Below are positions 25,480 through 38,369 of a DNA stretch of 64,000 bases, piece by piece. The translations under genes and the position numbers were made by a program. Source of the stretch: Chiloscyllium plagiosum (Eukaryota); assembly GCF_004010195.1 (NCBI RefSeq), contig NC_057718.1:45057907-45121906 (forward strand). Reading direction: 5' to 3'. The notes beneath the pieces were generated by a model. That model was not told the DNA's origin. It did no database searches and saw nothing but the letters and a program-made list of their open reading frames with translations. Within the stretch, counting starts at the first letter, position 1; each line of letters opens with the position of its first letter.

Positions 25480-26460
25480 CCACCAACAGATGCTGTGCAC
25501 CCTTGATGTGAGGAAGCCACAGCTGAAGTAAGCTCCCATGATGCAGAGGAAGGTTTGAAGGTCCTGAATGTAATGACTTCACTGCCATTTCATCTGAATG
25601 ACTGAAGCCCAGTACAGGCCCAGGATGAGGATGGCCCAGGACACTTTACCAGAACTGTACCATTTGCTCGAGCAGGACTTGCTGTCTGAAGCAGTGAGTG
25701 GCCAACCTGCCCCAGTGACTCTCAAGGTGACAGAAGTACTTTAATTTTATGTGACTAGCACATTCTAAAAATCATTTTGGGGCCTGTGTGCAATCTCCCA
25801 ATCCTCAACCTTCAAATGTGGCAACGATGTTACCTGTGCAATTTGTACAACATGTTACTCCTTAATCTCTCTACCCTGTGTCAAGATCAGCCCAAGTAGT
25901 GGGATGTTACAATATCTCTGGCTTTTCCCAGGTGCAGGGTGGTACAGACTGGACAAACATTTACATTTTCATATTATAATGTGGCTGAATTAATTAATAG
26001 GAAAGAGTTCCAAATAATCAATGCACATTTTATTGGTAATCCTTGCTATTACATTTTTGAGGCCAGTGTCAGGAATCCTGGAAGTTGCCATAATGTCTGT
26101 ACTGTTGCTAACTCACACATTCCTGCCTCATTCCAAGGGCCAAATGACATAGGAGAACTGCTGTGAGTTAGGGACTATCCTCTCCAATCTGATGTTTTCA
26201 TTAAGGACCCCTGTCTGGAAGAATGCAGATGCAATGCCGTTCACTCTTTCATTAGAGCTTTGTGGAACAGACAGTAGGGATCCTCAAAATGAGGTTCCAA
26301 TGCTGGGATTGATCTGGAGGCAAGCTGCAGTTCACTATAGATAGAGTGTGCTGTATAACCCTGACCTACTATACTTTGCACAACTGGAGCAGGCGAAGAG
26401 CAGATGGTACGGAGGCTGAGGAGCTTGGAAAGCAGCAGCAGTCTTCCAAGGAGGAAGATG
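25480..26460 (+). pseudogene. Decayed Harbinger/PIF DDE transposase (HARBI1-like)
   Basis: Collinear degenerate motifs: PVTLKVTEVL*FYVTSTF, ISQSS, ISGFSQVQG, INRKEFQIINA, PGSCHN, DYPL, LKMRFQCWD*SGGKLQF. Confidence 0.8.
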
Positions 26461-27688
26461 AGGACACTAAATGGGAGAAACATCATTTTCACTGGGATAC
26501 AGCAATGCTGCCTTAGGCAAAACAAGCCAGGCAATACCTAACTGAAACCTTCTTCCAAAAATCTAAGTTGGATGACTGGGTGATTACATCACTGCAGCAC
26601 ATACCTTCTGTGCCCAGAAACACCGCTGAGCTTGGAAACTATCCCTAACCAGACTAACCGGGTTAGGTGTCAACATGTCTGTTGGCAATCCTGAAGACTG
26701 AGAGCAGCTGTCCTATCAATTACTCCATCCACAAGGATCTCCAGGTCCCTGTCTGTGAATCTGGGATGCAGGCATCCTTTTCTTAGCTATCTCTTTTTGA
26801 AACATAGTGCAGCAGAATATTTGGAATGGCCATGGTGCAGCCCTTGAACTAGTGTGTTAAAGGGGTTTAAATATGGTGCCCACAGTCTCTACACTGTACG
26901 GTCCCATCAGCGGTGAGTATTTCAGTTTCTGAGAGTGCATGATTCAACAAGAAGTGCACTGTGGAGCATGACTGTCTAATTAATGAGATGAACAAAAGAA
27001 GTTTGCATGACAGATGTCACCAAGGCCCATGCGAGAAACCCTCCTCGAAATTGATACTTATACAAAATTTTGGGGGGAGTTCTGCCCGTTAGCTTCAATG
27101 TTACTGTTATGTTGCTTATGTTAGTTTTAGTGCATTCCTATCTCTTATTTAATACCGGCTTCCTTGAATTTCAGGCATTCTGAACTCTTTCTCTGTTATA
27201 AATGCTATTGGAAAATAATTACGGGCACCATATCCTGATAGCAATGGATAAGAGGACACATTGCTCTCGCACACTCTATTTCTTAACATAATTAACAGAA
27301 ATCTTTTTTGTTGGTTTTGATTGCATGGCAAATTTCTTTCATGCCCTCTTTTTACGACTGTTGGAGTGCAATCTTAAAGGAAATTTCAGGGCCAACACCA
27401 TGGGCACCAGTCAAAGGCATCTGATATGTGCCAAGTGCTAAGAACCCTCATTGCACATCTAACTCTACTTACAGGATGTTTCTGCTGTATTGCAAACTGT
27501 GCTAACTATGAATGTAATGCTGCAGCAAAGACACTTTGCACTCAGGAACATACACCCAGACTCAGTGGCTGCATCATCGGGCTCTTCATTTACTGCTATA
27601 GTGCTCACTCACTCATGCTTTGCATTTCCTTGCCTTTCCTTTTTGTACTTTGCTCTGTCAGCCAGAGATGCCAGAGATGCCGCCGTGT

Positions 27689-28027
27689 GGGCGGCACGGT
27701 GGCACAGTGGTTAGCACTGCTGCCTCACAGCGCCAGAGACCCAGGTTCAATTCCCGCCTTAGGCGACTGACTGTGTGGAGTTTGCACATTCTCCCCGTGT
27801 CTGCGTGGGTTTCCTCCGGGTGCTCCGGTTTCCTCCCACAGTCCAAAAATGCAGGTCAGCTGAATTGGCCATGCTAAATTCCCCGTAGTGTTAGATAAGG
27901 GGTAAATGTAAGGGAATGGGTCTGGGTGGGTTGCGCTTCGGCGGGTCGGTGTGGACTTGTTGGGCCGAAGAGCCTGTTTCCACACTGTAAGTAATCTAAT
28001 CTAAGTAATCTAATCTAATCTAATCTT
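27689..28027 (+). mobile_element. HE1-type SINE, young full-length copy
   Basis: A box tggcacagtgg, B box ggttcaattcc, CpG-rich, (aatct)n tail. Confidence 0.95.
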
Positions 28028-28123
28028 AATTACTGCTATTGTACTGTGTGGTTTAGCACAGACACAATAGTTATCGTAGTTATCAATAGGTCTCTGCCAA
28101 GTCAAGGAGGATAGCCTTTGCTC

Positions 28124-28183
28124 AGTGCTGTAAGTTGAGTGCAGTGCTGTAAGTTGAGTGCAGTGCTGTAAGTTGAGTGCAGC
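28124..28183. repeat. 19 bp tandem repeat x3
   Basis: cagtgctgtaagttgagtg repeated three times. Confidence 0.9.
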
Positions 28184-28439
28184 CTGCTCAGGACGGTCAG
28201 AATCAGGATCCTCGCATCATAAGTGTAGAGGTGTTGAATGATTGGCATAGATGTTCCTACTGGTGTAGACGGGGACATGTCCCGAGCAGAGGTGGGCAGA
28301 GACATGTCCTGAGTGGGCAGAGCAGAGGGCATGCTAGGTGAGTGACATCAGGGCTTCGGTTGGGTGAGAGCAAGTGGGGTAGGTGTTGCAGGCAATAATG
28401 TGAGTGGTAGAGTGTGAGCCTTGGAGATAGCAGAGAAAG

Positions 28440-28690
28440 CATGATGGCACTTACCCTGGTAGAGTGGAGAAGGACATTGGCCTTCTTTATACGTGCCTAG
28501 CATTCCTTCAGATGGTTGAAACTGCTTTAACCCAGGCTGGCATAGTCTAGTGACGTGACCTCCTCTGCTGGCTCTGGGTGAAAAGGAAGTTCCACATTGG
28601 CACCACTCCACCCAACAGGGCCTCCAGCACCTGCCCACAAAGCGCAGCACCGATTTCCTCCTGTCTGCCATTTCCCAGGCAAATACGAAG
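28440..28690 (-). pseudogene. Decayed Myb/SANT-like DNA-binding gene of a Harbinger transposon
   Basis: MADRRKSVLRFVGR followed in a shifted frame by LEALLGGVV..FFTQSQQRRSRH*TMPAW; convergent with the transposase remnant; TIR-like cttagccaaaaatgtaagattcaggc at ~28952-28977 (similar inverted motif at ~38607). Confidence 0.55.
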
Positions 28691-30539
28691 CACCTTTGGA
28701 TTGACAGTGCTCGTTTGGTGCCCAACAAGCTTTTAAAGATCACATGAGGTGGTGGGGTTTCAGTAGATATCCACTGAGTGGTGAGTTGTTCCAAATAGCG
28801 GTCATGGTAAGTTGAGGCAGAAATTGAACCATGGCAGACACCATAGTGACACAGCGGGGAAGTAATGAAGGAAGCTTTGTAAGCTAGAACAAGAAAACGT
28901 ATTCAGCCTTGCAGCAAGAAAAACCTCAAAGAAACCTCAAAGCATCTCAGACTTAGCCAAAAATGTAAGATTCAGGCTTAGGTGTCTGTTTTCGGCTGTT
29001 CCTCCTATCCTTCTTAATTACTAAAGTCTGCTATTTTCTGCACTTCTGTATGCTTTTTCTTTTCATTTTGTGTGGTTGCTTACACATTAGTTATCTATGC
29101 CTATTTTTTGGCAAATGGAACTCTTAGGGTATTAACTACTTCATCACATTAAACTTCTCTTTGATCTTCTTTCATGTTATCTATTAATCTCTTGCCCAAT
29201 TTACTGTAGACAATCTCAATTTTCACATTGAAGTCAGCTTAGTTGATCTAGGATCTCAGTAGCTGTTCTGCGTTCCTCTTTTTTCACTACATCTTTGATG
29301 ATGGTTAATGGAAAAGGATGACATTAAGCATTGTTTTTAAAATTATTTTCAAATATATACTTACTGAACAAAAGACATGCACTAATGTCCCAAGGTTAAG
29401 TGGAACAAAAGTCAGGCAGGTAACAGCCAGAAAGCGAGAGGTGGCGAGAGGTGGATGTGAACTATCAGACCATAGGATCCTGCTAGCCATTTCACAAGTA
29501 AATAGATACATCAAAACAAGCGAGATTGGGACATCTCACCAGAGAGGAGGAGAAGCTCAAGCAAAAGAAGATTAAAGAAGACCATTCTTGTTCCTCTGGG
29601 TTTCACATGAAAGATAGATTGTTTTACCCACCTAGGCCTCCTCTGCGTCCAACTTCTCAACTCATGAGTTCACATGGCAGTAAATAGCTTGCCTTCACAG
29701 ACCTCTGTTAAAAATGCCATTGGGGATTGATTATTTTGAGAACTGACTCTCATATATTTGCAAGGTTCCCACCCACTTTATGCAGGCTCTTCATCTGACT
29801 GTCATACCTTGCAGGTTAGTATCGGATACAGTGAACCCAGTGTTAAATTCCAAGTCAGTAAATAACCTGTACATTGTTAAATCCAGTTGTCTGAATTTTG
29901 CCATCTGGGTCACGTTAAATTTTCAATGCCCAATTGCAACAACAGGGATTAAAACTAAATATACTTTTTATGATTTATGATGGAATATTTGGCATGCAAC
30001 GCTAACAATTGATTTAATGATCCTATTGCCATTTATTACTGCACGTCATTTTATGATCAGCAGGGTGTAACCACATTTTACAAATTACGCTATATAATTT
30101 ACAAAAGTTAATATTAGAAATGGACAGACTACTTGTGACTGTGTTGAGGCATGAAGTACTTTACTGGGGAGCTCCATGGATGACTTTTCCAATGAACACC
30201 ACATTTGAATTGCCTATTTAAAATTGATGAGTTTCACTAAAATATAAAAATAAGCAAAGCAGCAAGTTCACTTCAGGTGGAAAGCTAACATTGGAGACCA
30301 GTTTGGAAAGATTGCACAATTGTAATGGTCTTCTCTTTTTTAAACCTGACTTATTATCGAATCACAAAAAATATTGTACAGAAGGGCGCGTTCAACACAT
30401 CACATCTCTTTCAATTTCCTGCTTTTGCCCCATAACGTCACGCTTAAATCTCTGCACCAGAATGGCAGATGAACCATGCTAAATCAGTCAGGAGTGAAAT
30501 CCTATATGACTTTGACTGTAATGCATTGTATCTCCATTT

Positions 30540-31237
30540 TGACTTTGCCCTTTTTGCAGATTTTAATCTAGTCATCCACACCATTGTTTTCCAAAGCCTT
30601 CGCTTCGTTGCCCAGCTGGTTAAGATTGCCTTGAATTAGTTTCACTGTTGCCTGTAAATCATAGTGATTCTCCACCCTGCACCATGAACTCCAGAGTCCT
30701 CCGAACATTTATTCTTGTTCCTGTACTCTTTGTCACTTACACATCATCATCCTCAACTCCTCCATTGTTTCTGTGTTGTCAAGCTGTCTGATGTTAAGTA
30801 GTAGATGAGCCGTAATTTCTTTCTGTTAAACATTAGGAAGGCTAAAGGTATTGTCTTTAGCCATCCCATAAACTGAATTCCATCACCACCAAATCAATCC
30901 CCTGCCCCAGTGATGTCAGGCTAAACAGAAGCAGCCATTACCTCAGCATCCTCTCAGATGACCAAAACCTCTTGACCAAATGACCACTAAATTTCATCTA
31001 CCTTTGTTCCCAACTTATCCCATCCACTGCTGAAACATTCAATCATGCCTTCTCATCCCTGGATGGAACTGTTCAACCATTCTCCTTTCCAATCTACTGG
31101 CCTCTAATCATTGTAAATTTAAGAACAACAAAACCTTTGCTGCTACATTGTATAAACTAAATTAGCTTCTGCCCTTACATCTCAAATGAATAATTTCACA
31201 TCCTAATTAAATCTGTTCATAGCTTCTGCTAACTTTC
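30540..31237 (+). mobile_element. Old L2-like LINE RT remnant
   Basis: Pyrimidine-rich diverged sequence with tagatgagccgtaatttcttctgttaaacattaggaaggctaaaggtattgtcttt and gctgaaacattcaatcatgcctt (WMxxNFLxLNxxKT / AExLxHAF-like). Confidence 0.55.
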
Positions 31238-33205
31238 ATAGAAAAGTACAGCACAGAACAGGCCCTTAGACCCACAATGTTGTGCCGAGATTTAATCCTA
31301 ATGTAAAATATAGTAACTTAACCTACGCACCCCTCAACTCACTGCTATCCATGTGCATGTCCATTCGCTTAAATGTCTCCAATGACTTTGCTTCCACCAC
31401 CTCAGCTGGCAACACATTCCATGCATTCACAACTCTCTGCGTAAAGAACCTACCTCTGATGTCTCCTTTATACCTTCCTCCTAATATCTTAAAACTATGA
31501 CTTCTTGTACCAGTCAATCCTGCCCTGGGGAAAAGTCTCTGGCTATTGACTCTATGTATTCCACTCATTATCTTGTAATACCTCAATCAGGTCTCCTCTC
31601 TTCCTCCTTCTCTCTAGAGAGAAAAGTCCAAGCTTATTCAACTTTTCTTCACAAGGCAAGCCCTCCAGTCTAGGCAGCATCCTGGTAAACCTTCTTTGCA
31701 CCCTCTCCAAAGCCTCTGTATCTTTCCTACAGTAGGGCGACCAGAACTGGACACAATATTCCAAGTGCGGTCTCACCAGGGACTTGTAGAGCTGCAGCAA
31801 AACCTCGCAATAAGGCTCTTAAACTCGATACCCTGTTAATGAAGCCAAAACACTATATGCTTTCTTAACAACCCTATCCACTTGGATGGCAAATTTGAGG
31901 GATCTATGTACTTACACACCCAGATCCCTCTGTTCCTCCACACTGCCAAGAATCCTGTCTTTCATCCTTTATTCAGCATTCGAGTTCGACCTTCCAAAGT
32001 GAGTCACTTCGCATTTATCCAGGTTGAACTCCATCTGCCATTTCTCAGCCCAGCTCTGCATCCTGTCTATGTTGCACTGCAGCCTGCAGTAGCCCTCTAT
32101 ACTATCGACGACACCTCCAACCTTTGTGTCATCTGCAAATTTTCCAACCCACCCCTCAACCTCTTTATCCAAGTCATTTATAAAAACTACAAAGAGCAGA
32201 GGCCCAAGAACAGAGACCTGCGCAACCCCACTTAACACTGTCTTCCAGGCAGAATGCTTTCCATCTACAACCACTCTCTACCTTCTGTCAGCCAGCCAAT
32301 TCTGAATCCAGATAGCCAAATCTCCCTGTATCCCATACTTCCTGACTTTATGAATGAGCCTACCATGGGAACCCTATCAAATGCCTTGCTGAAATCCATG
32401 TACACCACATCCACTGCTCGACTGTTGTGACCTGTCTTGACACCTCCTCAAAGAACTCAATAAGATTTGTGAGGCATGACCTGCCTCTCACAATGCCATG
32501 CTGACTGCCTTTAATCATACTATGTTTTGTCAAATAGTCATAAATGCTATCCCTCAATTCTTTCCACAACTTTGCTGACCACAGACGTGAGACTGATTGG
32601 TCTGTAATTGCCAGGGATTTCCCTATTACCCTTCTTGAAAAGTAGAACAACATTAGCCTCCTTCTAATCCTCCGGTACAACTCCCATGGAGAGTGAGGAG
32701 GCAAAGATCCTCGCTAGTGGCTTAGCAACCTCCTTTCTCGCTTCCTAGAGCAGTCTAGGATAAATCTGGTCTGGCTCTGGGGACTTATCAAATTTAACTT
32801 TTTCCAAAATTTCTAGCACATCATCTTCATCAATCTTGATCTGGTCAAGACTGTATCCCAGCTCCTCTAAGTTTTCATTTACAACAAGTTCCCTTTCCTT
32901 GGTAAAAACCAAAGCAAAAAACTCATTTAGGGCTTCCCCTATCTGCTCAGACTCCATGCACAAGTTCCCTCCACTATCCCTGATCGGCCCTACCTGCTCC
33001 CTGATCATTTTCTTATTCCTCACATATGAGTAAAATACCTTTGGGTTTTCCCTAATCCTTCTTACCAAGCCTTTTTTGTGCCCCCTCCTGGCTCTCCTCA
33101 GTCCATTTCCGAGCTCCTTTCTAGCAAGCCTGTTACCCTCTAAATCTGTGCTAGATGCTTGCTTCCTCCACCTTATGTAAGCTGCCTTCTTCCTTTTGAA
33201 GAAAA
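31238..33205 (-). mobile_element. CR1 LINE, 5'-truncated, ~2 kb
   Basis: ORFs 32745-33323 (NPKVFYSYV..DKSPEPDQIYPRLL), 32360-32704, 31969-32274 (KFADDTKVG), 31552-31800, 31323-31586. Confidence 0.93.
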
Positions 33206-35353
33206 GTTTTTTCGGTTGGCACAGGTTCATAAGGAGATAGAGCGCATGCTCCAAAATGGCATAATCGAAGCGAGTTACAGTGAGCTCACCGTAGTCATGG
33301 TGCCAAAGCCAGATAGTACTCAACGGTTATGTGTGGACTATTGCAAAGTCAACGCCGTTACAAAGACAGACGCATATCCAATTCCAGGGTTGGAGGACTG
33401 TGTTGAGAAAGCATGACAAGCAACTTACATTTCTAAGTTGAACTTGTTCAGAGACTATTGGCAAGTACCTCTGTCAGAGAGAACAAAGGCAATTTTGGCT
33501 TTTGTAACACCAATTGGACTATATCAGCTCAAAGTCATGCCATTTGGTATGAAAAACACTCCAGCCACATTTCAGAGACTGACTAATAAGGTCATTGTCG
33601 GATTGCCCAACTGTGTGGTGTACATTGATGACCTAGTGATTTTTAGTCACTCATGGAAGGAACATTTACATCATTTATCAGACTTGCTCGATCAACTTCG
33701 GAAGGCGGGCTTTGTGGTAAACCTAGCTAAAAGTGAAGTTGCCAAAGCCCAAGTCAATGTCCTGGAAAATGTTATTGGACATAGACAAATGGCCACACAA
33801 GATGAGGAAACAAAAGTAGTTGGGGAATTTCCCACACCGCCAATGAAAAAAGCAGTACTGGGGTTGAGTGGATTTTACCAAAAGTTTGCATCAAACTTTA
33901 GCAGTGTGGCTGCTCCACTCACCGAATTGTTAAAAAAAGGGCAAAAAGTTTCAGTGGACAGCAGACTGTCAAAAGGCATTTGACAGCCTAAAATCTGTGT
34001 TAACCACACCCCAATATTAACCACACCAGATTATATTAAGCTTTTCAAGTTGGCTATCGATGCCAGTGATGTAGGCATGGATGCAGTACTCCTGCAGGAA
34101 GATGACGAGGGAATAGAAAGACCCATCGGGTATTTTTCCAGGAAGTTGAACGTTCATCAACAGAAATATTCAATGGTGGAGAAAGAGACTTTAAACTTGG
34201 TGTTGGCATTACAACATTACAGTGTTTATATTACCAGCAATGCATTTGAGACAATCATATATACCGATCACACGCATTGACATTTGTGGAAAAACCTAAG
34301 GACAAAAACGCCAGACTGTTTAAATGGAGCTTGTTGTTGCAGCCATTCAATTTGACAATTGTGCATGTGGCAGGTTGGGAACACATGATCGCCAATGCAT
34401 TGTCAAGATTCCAATGAGATATTGAGGCATTCGGTGGTGGGTGTACCATGGCCTGAATTTGCATTTGGTTGTGCATGTTTGCATGTTTATAGTCAGTCTA
34501 GTATATATATGTGTGTGTTTAGACTTGTAACCGGGTTTTGAAGGGTTAAAAATGAAGCCATCTTTTGGTATTGATTGTTCTTTTTTTTAAAAAGGGGGAA
34601 GGTGTCACAAAGCTAGTCGCGTTTTCTAAAAGCTGTTCCTTTGCTCAAGGAGAATCCATCCTTGATTTTTTTCAGAGGGGCAATAAACCGGTCTGGGCTC
34701 CAATCAGTCTGGTTTGGTAGAGATGAAAAATATTTTGAGAGGCCTTTTGTTTATATGGAAACAGATGAGACTTCAGGCGAAAGTGGTCATGTTTTAGAAG
34801 TGACCTGTATAATGAAAAGGGAGTGGTCAGCTCTTTAGCTAAAGCTGAGCTGAGCTGATCAGTTTTAGTTCAGTCTTGAACATGGAAATTCAACAGGGAC
34901 CGGTGTGGAAACTCTCTCTCTTTCTACCCTTAAACTTCAACCTGTAAGCATGTGTTCCATTTATACTGGATTTTAAAGGGAGTTTGGTTATTGGGACTGT
35001 TGTGTATATTTGGAACAACATAATTAAGTCTAGTTGGATAGGCTGAGTTCTGTAGGGGTTCTTTATTCTGTTCCTTGTGGTTCATTGTGTAATACATTTT
35101 TGTCTGTTTTAAAATCTAGTAGTCAACCCTAGTTGGATAGGCTGAGTTCTGTAGGGGTTCTTTATTCTGTTCCTTGTGGTTCATTGTGTAACGTTGTGAA
35201 TACATTTTTGTCTGTTTTAAAATCTAGTAGTCAACCTAGCTAACTTAACCTGGGTAATTTTCACTGTACACTTACCGAAACAAATTGCAAAGTTATGATC
35301 TGGGGCTGCCTGCCCCCAAGAATGTTTTGAGTGGTCTGGCCTAGTCCATAACA
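33206..35353 (+). mobile_element. Gmr1-like Gypsy 3' half: RT-RNase H, PPT and 3' LTR
   Basis: RLCVDYCKVN, VMPFGMKN..YIDDLVIFS, AIDASDVG..YSMVEKE..YTDH; PPT aaaaagggggaagg 34589-34602; LTR 34603-35353 (TGTCAC...CCATAACA); no integrase between RNase H and LTR. Confidence 0.92.
35030..35237. repeat. ~100 bp tandem duplication inside the LTR
   Basis: ctagttggataggctgagttctgtaggggttc...tctagtagtcaacc occurs twice; the second copy has a short extra segment. Confidence 0.92.
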
Positions 35354-36609
35354 CTTTCTCCTGCACTCCTGATCAAATCAAGGTTGATCGTTTAACTGGA
35401 TGGTAATATCAGAGTAAAGGACTATGTGAGGCCATGAGGTTACAATTGTGACTGAATTAATTCTGCGGCAGCTGATAGCTCATACGTCATGCATAACTAC
35501 TTCTAATCTATTCTATTTAGCACAGTGACAGTGTCACCACAACACAATCATCAGTATCTTTTTCCTCCAATTTCTATTACTCTGGTACAATCTCCTCTCC
35601 ATTCCACTCTCCATTCCTCAAAATATGAATTTCCCATCTCTCCATGCCCTATCATTGTTTCCTGTGCCTACAGCAATGTAGGCAGTACAACAAAAATACT
35701 CATCCTACCATCATTCCTCTCCTTTAAGATACAGTCATTCTGCCGTATCTATAGGAGTTCCGTTCTTGAAAACCCCGGTAAATGATTACATTTGTGAGTA
35801 CAAAGCTTGTTTTAAAATAGGTTAAAAATTGCAATTGTTGGATTATTGCCCACAGATGTTGATCTTTGTTGCTACTTATTCTTTGGTACAGTTAGGCAAA
35901 TATGTGGTTCATGATTTTGTGAATACAGAGGATTTACTGTACTCATTAAGAGATAGGTTACACATTGTGACATCTCTTGCTTTACCTTACATTCCACTTT
36001 TAATGGGTTTGACTCTAAAAGGTCCCTGATATTAAACATGCTACTATATATAAAGGCATGTCAATATATTAATTCCAACTCTCATTGAACATAACTAAAC
36101 TTTTTTTTATTGTTTTAGACCTAACAAACAAGGAAGAATGTAAGTTACGTAAACAAAGATTTAGTCACAAATATGCCCCAAGGTTTTGCTGGTGGGAGTG
36201 CCATCCACAGGACATTGGATAAGAGCAGAGAGCCACTTCAAAGCTATTTGTTCTGGGAGCATTGTCTGGGAACCAGTCATTCTATTTCCTTGCCCAATAT
36301 TTCCCTAGTTGTATGTTATGTCCCTATTCCTGTTGTTGTACTCCTGTACTGCTGATGTTGGAAGAACTTGGGTAAAATTGATTGACTTTTTCTAGTGAGG
36401 CTGGCTTTTGTTACATTTTATGGTTTTATATTAGACATGCAGGTTCAAGCCATTGTCCAACTGAGCTAGTTTTTTTGGGTGCATATTCACTTTGCCGCAT
36501 GGTATAGCTGTCAAAAATCATAAGATTTCATGGAGCCTCTTCACTTTTTGCTTCTTGCAAAATCAGCCAAGAGGATGGAAGCAGCAACGTATACCCTTTG
36601 TCCATTATA

Positions 36610-36720
36610 AATACTGCAGATGCTGGAAATCCGAAATATAAACATTAAATGTTGGAGAAACTCAGCAGTCTAGTAGCAAGTGTGGACAGAGAAACCGAGT
36701 TAACATTTCAAGTCCAAAGG
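36610..36720 (-). repeat. Old Penelope-type terminal repeat (second family)
   Basis: aatactgcagatgctggaaatc...gagttaacatttcaagtcc. Confidence 0.65.
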
Positions 36721-38174
36721 TACTTATTTGTCCAATATGAATCCTTAGCACTCGTGTAGTTGTAGAACCCAATATCTCTATTGTCAATTATATTCTAAAA
36801 ATGTCATTGTTTGACAGAAAGCAGTCATATTCCCAAACCTTATCACATGATAATTGGCAGTAAGGGAGGAAATTCTTAGTTAATCCATCCAGAAAGGTCC
36901 TATGTTTCATAATTGCAGCATCTTAAATTATTCAAGAATTCTTAACTCTTGTACTCAATAAGTAAGTCTATGCCATGTGTGAATTCTGCTGGTGTAAAAG
37001 TATCCTGACATCAGCTTTCAATGTTGAGTCTGTGCCTCCTTATCCTAATTACTGTGTTTATGTGTACTGCAACACCAGGAGGAGCACTTCCTGAAAATGC
37101 TCAGAGGCAATGTCAGGCACAATACTTCAGAGATGCTTTCATGTGCAGCTGGTGTCTTATAACTCATTTGGAACTAGACAGACAGTCTAAATTAAGTTTT
37201 GAGATGCAAACCAAAAACTGTTATTAGGGTGTAAATTAAAACAGAATATGTCAGGATTGACTATACGACTCCAAAAATATTCTGTTCATTTGCCAGTCTT
37301 TATTGTTAAAAGTCTCATCAGAAATGCACTGAGTGATGTGTTCTTTAACATGACTTTTTGTAGATGCTACTAGAAATCCTCGAGAAGCATCAAAATTATG
37401 ACTTACTCCATTATGTACTATTTCTGAATAGTTGCTACTTTCTGCAAATGAATGCATTTACAATGAGGCTGTCCCTGAAACACTTAGTGACAGTTTATAA
37501 TTCTTCCACCTGTGACAAAGGTATTTGTTCATCATGATTTGAAAGCATTAAAAAAAGTCTTCATTTAATGTAGGGTTTGAGACAATGACCATTGGGTTAA
37601 GAGCTCCATTAGCTAAAAATGCACCAGCCAGTATATGCAGGAATTGGGATTTTGAGTACGTGCCTCTGTTGTGAATGTCACCACTAAGTGGAGCAACAAG
37701 CAGCTCGAGCAGGAAAACAACCAGTTTTTATCTCTGGCTTAATCTGTGTGTGTGCCTCCAGGCATTTTATCAGCCATTTTGGATTCTAGATGAGTGGATG
37801 GATCTCTGCAACAGCAGGAAGAACCTTCCCTAGCTGGGTGGCTGGAGAGGGCTGAGTCAATGCGGCAAAGGACCGGCAATCGAGGAGACCCACTTCACAG
37901 ATACTGCTGTGCCGGGGAAGCTTCTCTTCATCAGCCCTAGCCGGATTTTCTGTGACTCCCCTTACCCTCAGCCTCCCCAGCATCCCGGTTTAATGACCTT
38001 ATCTACATATGTACAGGGGAACATTTTGGTGTTCTGGACCAATGGTCATTTGGACTAATGCTGTTGGTCCTGCCTCCAGCAGAAAGGCATCAAGATCTGT
38101 TGAGACATGTGTTGCCAGCCACCGTGTAGGCTGAGTGTATTCAGGTAGCTGATCCTGACACCTCTCTGGTCAAC

Positions 38175-38369
38175 TAGCAGAATATGAGGATGCAGATGCT
38201 GGAGATCAGAGTCAAAATGTGTGGTGCTGGAAAAGCACAGCTGCTCAGGCAGCATTGAAGGAGCAGGAGAGTCAATGTTTCGAGCATAAGCTCTTCATCA
38301 GACTGTCCTGCTCTTCAGTTGCTGCCTGACTGGCTGTGCTTTTCCAGCACCACACTTTTTGACTCCAAA
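38175..38369. mobile_element. Foldback Penelope-derived mini-element with perfect 13 bp target duplication
   Basis: ctctctggtcaac at 38162-38174 and 38370-38382; inverted arms; hammerhead-like motif on minus 38274-38301. Confidence 0.9.

Noticed and set aside
27689..27765. tRNA gene
   Set aside because: The A/B boxes belong to the tRNA-derived head of an HE1 SINE and continue into the SINE body and tail
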